DNA of 64,000 nucleotides from Candidatus Hydrogenedentota bacterium (GTDB taxonomy: Bacteria; Hydrogenedentota; Hydrogenedentia; Hydrogenedentales; JAEUWI01). Under the pieces are notes generated by a model. That model searched no databases, was not told where the DNA came from, and saw only the letters and a program-made list of their open reading frames with translations. Each line of letters opens with the position of its first letter. Position 1 is the stretch's first letter. This document shows, in pieces, positions 59,359-64,000 of the stretch. Made by a program: the position numbers and the translations under genes. The stretch lies in NCBI GenBank assembly GCA_034669905.1, contig JAXMOL010000006.1, positions 96,001 through 160,000 of the forward strand, read 5' to 3'.

Positions 59359-59490
59359 CGCCCCTACGTCAATCACCGGGCATCCTTTCGTCATTCACTG
59401 GGTGGCTTCATTCCATGGGAGGTGCACACGGGGGCACCGATGGACCCCCGTTATATACTTCGCTGACCAGCACTTGCAACGGTTGGCAAC

Positions 59491-59557
59491 TTGACACGTC
59501 TTAATGGGTGTGTTAGACTTTGGGCACCTGTTAGCACTCACAATGGCTGAGTGCTAA
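59491..59557 (+). promoter_or_regulatory. Sigma70 promoter plus perfect CIRCE element
   Basis: TTGACA-N17-TAGACT (59491-59519); TTAGCACTC-N9-GAGTGCTAA (59531-59557). Confidence 0.97.
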
Positions 59558-59575
59558 AAGCGCGGATGCCTACTC

Positions 59576-60628
59576 ATGACGGATGCTCGTGAACTAAACG
59601 AACGTGAACAACAGATCCTGCAGGCGGTCGTAAATAGCTATATTACCACGGCCGATCCGGTAGGGTCGCGCTCTGTGGTCAAGCGCTTTGAGCTTGGTCT
59701 GAGCCCCGCTACCGTGCGGAATGTGATGGCCGATCTCGAGGAGATGGGCTATCTACAGCAGATTCACACCAGTTCGGGGCGTATTCCAACCGACGCGGGT
59801 TACCGCTACTATGTGAACTACCTCATGCACGTGCAGGAGCTAACGCTTCGTGAGCGCAATCGCATTGAGCATGAGTTCACCGAAAAATTGAATGATGCCG
59901 ATGAGGTATTGCAACACACGAGCCAGTTGCTGGCCCTGATATCCAATCAGGCGGGACTGGCCGAGTCTCCGGGTGATGATCACGCCTATGTAAACCGGAT
60001 TGAGGTCATGTCGGTCTCTACCCACCGGGTCGTGATGTTGATCGTCGATAACTACGGTCGCGTGCGCACCCAGACGGTGAACCTGGACGAAGCCGTCCAC
60101 CCGGAACAGTTGCAGGCCCTGAGTCGTTTCCTGAATGACCATCTATACCGTGTACGGCTGGATGGTCTGGCCGGTGCCATCGAGAATCAGTTGAAGAACT
60201 TTCTGGATGAGCGTCGTAAGACGGCGGAACTGGCGCTACGACTTCTGGGGCTGGCGCCGCAGCAGACGCGGAAGCAGCTTTTCCTGGAAGGGGCCGGACA
60301 TCTTTTTGCCCAGCCGGAATTCCAGGGGGTGGATCGGGCCAAAGAGGTATTTGACCTCTTTGAGGAGCGGACGGTGTTGACGGAGGTGTTGCGCAATGCC
60401 CTGGCCGACGAACGTCGGGTCAATGCGTCGATTCATATAGGCCGGATCGGGGACAACTTCGGTCTGGAAGACATCAGCGTGGTGGCTTCGCCTTACTATT
60501 GTAAGGATGAACCCATCGGCATGATTGGCGTGCTGGGGCCGCGCCGGATGCCCTATTCGCGCTTGACCTCCATCGTGGATTTCACGGCGGGAATGGTCAG
60601 CCGGATGTTGACCCGTCTCGCACGCTGA
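59576..60628 (+). CDS. hrcA: Heat-inducible transcription repressor
   Basis: PVGSR, SPATVRNVM, HTSSGRIPT, GYRYYV, GPRRMPY. Confidence 0.96.
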   Translation: MTDARELNEREQQILQAVVNSYITTADPVGSRSVVKRFELGLSPATVRNVMADLEEMGYLQQIHTSSGRIPTDAGYRYYVNYLMHVQELTLRERNRIEHEFTEKLNDADEVLQHTSQLLALISNQAGLAESPGDDHAYVNRIEVMSVSTHRVVMLIVDNYGRVRTQTVNLDEAVHPEQLQALSRFLNDHLYRVRLDGLAGAIENQLKNFLDERRKTAELALRLLGLAPQQTRKQLFLEGAGHLFAQPEFQGVDRAKEVFDLFEERTVLTEVLRNALADERRVNASIHIGRIGDNFGLEDISVVASPYYCKDEPIGMIGVLGPRRMPYSRLTSIVDFTAGMVSRMLTRLAR

Positions 60629-60686
60629 TACACATCACCGAGACGTGAAGTGCCGAATTAACCAACGATTGTAGAAGTACGTTTTC

Positions 60687-61370
60687 ATGACAAAAAACAA
60701 GCATAAAGAAAAAGAATCCATGGCAAACGAAGAGGTAGAAAACATCGAGGAAGTCGACTTCCCGGCAGAAGATACGCCGGAAGTGGACGATGATCAACTC
60801 GCCGACGTGGGTGACGTGGACGTGCTGGAGGAGGTAGAGGAGGAGCTGGATCCCGTGGAAGCCGAACTGGCTGCCCTGCGGGATGAGCGCGATGATCTGA
60901 AAGAGCAGGCCTTGCGGGCCCGTGCGGAATTCGAGAACTATCGCAAGCGCATGGCCCGGGAAAGCGAACGGATTCGCAAGACGGCCGCCGAAGGCCTGAT
61001 GCGTGATCTGCTTCCCATCGTGGATAATCTGGAGCGTGCCCTCAGTCACGTGGAAGACAAGAGTGACGGGCTGGCGCAGGGCGTCGAAATGATTGTGAAA
61101 CAGTTTGCCGACGTGCTGAGCGCAAAAGGTCTCGAAGTGATTCCCGCAAAAGGGGAGCCCTTCGATCCCAACATCCACGAGGCCTTGACCCACCAGCCCT
61201 CCGATGAATTTCCAGCGGATACGGTGATGGAAGAATTTCAGCGCGGTTACCGACTCGGTGACTATGTGCTACGCCCCACCCAGGTGGTGGTGAGCAGTGG
61301 TCCGGCTGAAGTGGCTGAGGCCACCCCAGAGAATGACGCAACGGAAGCCAGCGCTTCCGAAAACGAATAA
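60687..61370 (+). CDS. grpE: Nucleotide exchange factor GrpE
   Basis: [40 protein letters not shown]. Alternative start at 60720. Confidence 0.95.
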   Translation: MTKNKHKEKESMANEEVENIEEVDFPAEDTPEVDDDQLADVGDVDVLEEVEEELDPVEAELAALRDERDDLKEQALRARAEFENYRKRMARESERIRKTAAEGLMRDLLPIVDNLERALSHVEDKSDGLAQGVEMIVKQFADVLSAKGLEVIPAKGEPFDPNIHEALTHQPSDEFPADTVMEEFQRGYRLGDYVLRPTQVVVSSGPAEVAEATPENDATEASASENE

Positions 61371-61479
61371 CCTAACATCCCAAAGCGTACCGTACTGTAT
61401 CGTTCCCCGAGTGGAGCGTCGCGCGTACCATGAGCCAGGCAGCCCCCGTCGGGTTGTATTATCAGGAGGAATATCCACA

Positions 61480-63417
61480 ATGGGCAAAGTAATTGGAATT
61501 GACTTAGGCACCACCAACTCCTGCGTTGCCGTCATGGAGGGCGGTGAGCCTGTCGTCATAGCCAATGCCGAAGGCAACCGTACGACCCCATCCGTCGTCG
61601 CGTTTAACAAAGATGGTGAGCGCCTGGTGGGTGCGGTGGCCAAACGTCAGGCCGTAACCAACCCGACCAACACCATCTTCTCGATTAAACGCTTCATGGG
61701 GCGTACCCACAACGAAGTTTCCACGGAAGAAAAGATTGTCCCCTACAAAGTAGGCGAGACCGCTTCCGGTGACTGTCAGGTCGAGATCATGGGGAACACC
61801 TACCGTCCCCCGGAAATCTCCGCGATGATTCTCCAGAAGATGAAAGAGACCGCCGAGTCCTACCTGGGTTCTGAAGTGACCCAGGCGGTGATCACGGTGC
61901 CGGCCTATTTCAACGACGCCCAGCGTCAGGCCACCAAAGACGCCGGTAAGATCGCCGGCCTCGAAGTGCTCCGCATCATCAACGAGCCCACGGCCGCCGC
62001 ATTGGCCTATGGCCTCGATAAGAAGCGCGATGAGAAAGTAGCCGTCTATGATCTGGGGGGTGGTACCTTCGACGTATCCATCCTGGCCATCGGTGACGAC
62101 AGCTTTGAAGTGCTCAGCACCAGCGGCGATACACACCTCGGTGGCGACGATTTCGACCAGGTCATTATCGACTGGTTGGCGGAAGAGTTCCAGAAGGAAC
62201 AGGGCATCGACCTGCGCAAAGATCCCATGGCCCTGCAGCGCCTGAAAGAAGGTGCGGAAAAGGCCAAGTGCGAGCTTTCCTCCGCCATGTCGACCGACGT
62301 GAACCTGCCTTTCGTGACGGCCGATGCTTCCGGTCCGAAACACCTGAACTACACGTTGAGCCGCTCCAAGTTTGAGCAGTTGGCGGATCACCTGCTGCAG
62401 CGCAGTAAGAATCCCTGCCACCGTGCCTTGGAAGATGCGGGCCTCAGCGCTTCCGAAGTCAACGAAGTGATTCTCGTGGGCGGCATGACCCGCATGCCGG
62501 CCGTGGCTTCCGTCGTGGAAGAAATCTTCGGTAAGACGCCCCACCGTGGCGTGAATCCCGACGAAGTGGTGGCCATCGGTGCTGCCGTGCAGGCGGGTGT
62601 ACTTTCCGGCGACGTGAAAGACGTACTGCTCCTCGACGTAACGCCCCTCTCCCTCGGTATCGAAACCCTGGGCGGTGTGTGCACCAAGCTCATTGAGCGG
62701 AACACGACCATCCCCGTGACGAAGCAGCAGATCTTCTCCACGGCCGCCGACAACCAGACGGCCGTGACGATTCACGTGCTGCAGGGTGAGCGGGAAATGG
62801 CGAGCGACAACCGGACCCTGGCCCACTTTGATCTCATGGGCATTCCGGCCGCACCCCGTGGCGTACCCCAAATCGAAGTCTCCTTCGACCTGGACGCCAA
62901 CGGTATTTTCCACGCGTCGGCCAAGGATCTTGCCACGGGTAAAGAGCAGAAGCTGAAGATTGAAACGTCCAGCGGTCTGTCCGATGAAGAAATCGAGAAG
63001 ATGGTCAACGAGGCGGAGACCCACGCCGACGAAGACAAAGAGCGCAAGAAGAAGATCGAAGTGCGCAACAGTGCCGACAGCATGGTCTATCAGACCGAAA
63101 AGCTGCTGAGTGAAAACGGCGACAAGATCGACGAAGGCGAGAAGAAGAATATCGAAGCCGCCATCGCCGACGTGAAGAAGGCCCTGGAAGGGGACGACAC
63201 GGCTGCTATCGAGCAATCGGTCGAGAACCTGACCCAGGCTTCGCACAAACTGGCGGAAGCCATGTATCAGGCGGGTGGTGCCGATCCGGCGGCCGCTGCT
63301 GCCGCCGCTGCAGCGGGTGGCGCTGCCCCCGCCGATGGCGGTGAGTCGGATGACAGCGGTGACGCGGTCGACGCCGATTTCACGGTCGTGGATGAAGACG
63401 AAGAAGAAGGCAAGTAA
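61480..63417 (+). CDS. dnaK: Chaperone DnaK
   Basis: [40 protein letters not shown]. Confidence 0.98.
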   Translation: MGKVIGIDLGTTNSCVAVMEGGEPVVIANAEGNRTTPSVVAFNKDGERLVGAVAKRQAVTNPTNTIFSIKRFMGRTHNEVSTEEKIVPYKVGETASGDCQVEIMGNTYRPPEISAMILQKMKETAESYLGSEVTQAVITVPAYFNDAQRQATKDAGKIAGLEVLRIINEPTAAALAYGLDKKRDEKVAVYDLGGGTFDVSILAIGDDSFEVLSTSGDTHLGGDDFDQVIIDWLAEEFQKEQGIDLRKDPMALQRLKEGAEKAKCELSSAMSTDVNLPFVTADASGPKHLNYTLSRSKFEQLADHLLQRSKNPCHRALEDAGLSASEVNEVILVGGMTRMPAVASVVEEIFGKTPHRGVNPDEVVAIGAAVQAGVLSGDVKDVLLLDVTPLSLGIETLGGVCTKLIERNTTIPVTKQQIFSTAADNQTAVTIHVLQGEREMASDNRTLAHFDLMGIPAAPRGVPQIEVSFDLDANGIFHASAKDLATGKEQKLKIETSSGLSDEEIEKMVNEAETHADEDKERKKKIEVRNSADSMVYQTEKLLSENGDKIDEGEKKNIEAAIADVKKALEGDDTAAIEQSVENLTQASHKLAEAMYQAGGADPAAAAAAAAAGGAAPADGGESDDSGDAVDADFTVVDEDEEEGK

Positions 63418-63452
63418 ACCTGTCTTCGCTGACTGTTAGATGCTAGTATTGC

Positions 63453-63486
63453 TCCCCATGACTCCGCTATATCGGAGTCATGGGGA
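63453..63486. other. Perfect 14-bp hairpin between dnaK and dnaJ
   Basis: TCCCCATGACTCCG-CTATAT-CGGAGTCATGGGGA with no U tract. Confidence 0.75.
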
Positions 63487-63521
63487 TGCCGTCTCATATT
63501 GCCGAATGGAGCCAGAACCTC

Positions 63522-64000
63522 ATGGCACAGAAGCCAGATCTGTATGAAATGCTGGGCGTTCCTCGTGATGCGTCACAGGAACAAATCCGCAAGGCCTATC
63601 TGAAGTTGGCCCACAAGTACCACCCGGACAAGACGGGCGGTGACAAAGAGGCCGAGGAAAAGCTCAAACAGATTAACGCGGCCTATGATATTCTGAAGAC
63701 CCCGGAAAAGCGTGCCCAGTATGACCGTTTTGGCAGCACCGACGCCCAGGGTGGTTTCGGTGGGGGGGGCTTTGGCGGCGGCGGTTTCGGTGGCGGCGGT
63801 CAGGGCTTTGAAGCGCCGTTCGAAGATTTCTTCGATATGCTCTTTGGTCAGGGCGGGAAACGGGGTGGTGGCGGTGCCAAAGCCGGCAACGACCTCGAGC
63901 TGCGTCTGGGTATCACCCTCGAAGAAGCGGCCTTCGGTGCAAAGAAAAAAATTCGCTACAACCGCCGCGAAAACTGCGGTGACTGCAGCGGCACGGGCGC
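63522..64000 (+). CDS. dnaJ: Chaperone DnaJ (partial, runs off the window)
   Basis: Translated by hand: MAQKPDLYEMLGV...KYHPDK...YDRFG, G/F-rich linker, first CxxCxGxG at the window end. Confidence 0.96.
   Translation, partial: MAQKPDLYEMLGVPRDASQEQIRKAYLKLAHKYHPDKTGGDKEAEEKLKQINAAYDILKTPEKRAQYDRFGSTDAQGGFGGGGFGGGGFGGGGQGFEAPFEDFFDMLFGQGGKRGGGGAKAGNDLELRLGITLEEAAFGAKKKIRYNRRENCGDCSGTG

Noticed and set aside
63270..63345. GCC/GCT repeat at the dnaK 3' end and GGC repeats in dnaJ
   Set aside because: Ordinary low-complexity Ala tail and G/F linker.

Overview
A GC-rich bacterial chromosome window. The gene content and intergenic repeats suggest a PVC-like or Hydrogenedentota-like diderm, but that is only an impression. 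In order it holds: a partial YVTN-propeller/phosphoesterase lipoprotein, aroA and an Eis-like GNAT; a ~10.5 kb accessory block bracketed by REP-like mosaic repeats (5.3-15.9 kb) encoding two tandemly duplicated LolA-like secreted proteins, a 10-Cys secreted protein plus a dead copy, a DUF1573 protein, a carboxypeptidase-regulatory-like repeat protein and one orphan; a shikimate kinase-chorismate synthase fusion; the front half of the dcw cluster (mraZ, an inserted atypical STAS gene, rsmH, long ftsL-like gene, ftsI, murE, murF, mraY with a ~130 aa insertion, murD, ftsW, murG), followed directly by an HD-GYP gene; phosphatase, PQQ dehydrogenase and sulfatase genes; two vapBC pairs, an orphan XRE antitoxin, a truncated rhuM and hicBA; BNR proteins, ilvD, hydrolases, a K+ channel, aconitase, EamA, GT4 and cfa; and a CIRCE-controlled hrcA-grpE-dnaK-dnaJ operon. 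The best candidates for new biology are the repeat-bounded secretion/assembly cassette (one promoter copy has a poly-G spacer), the modified dcw cluster, and a set of intergenic inverted elements built from tandem 9-mers and 7-mers. No tRNA, rRNA, CRISPR array or transposase was recognised. All family calls come from motif recognition by eye, not database searches.
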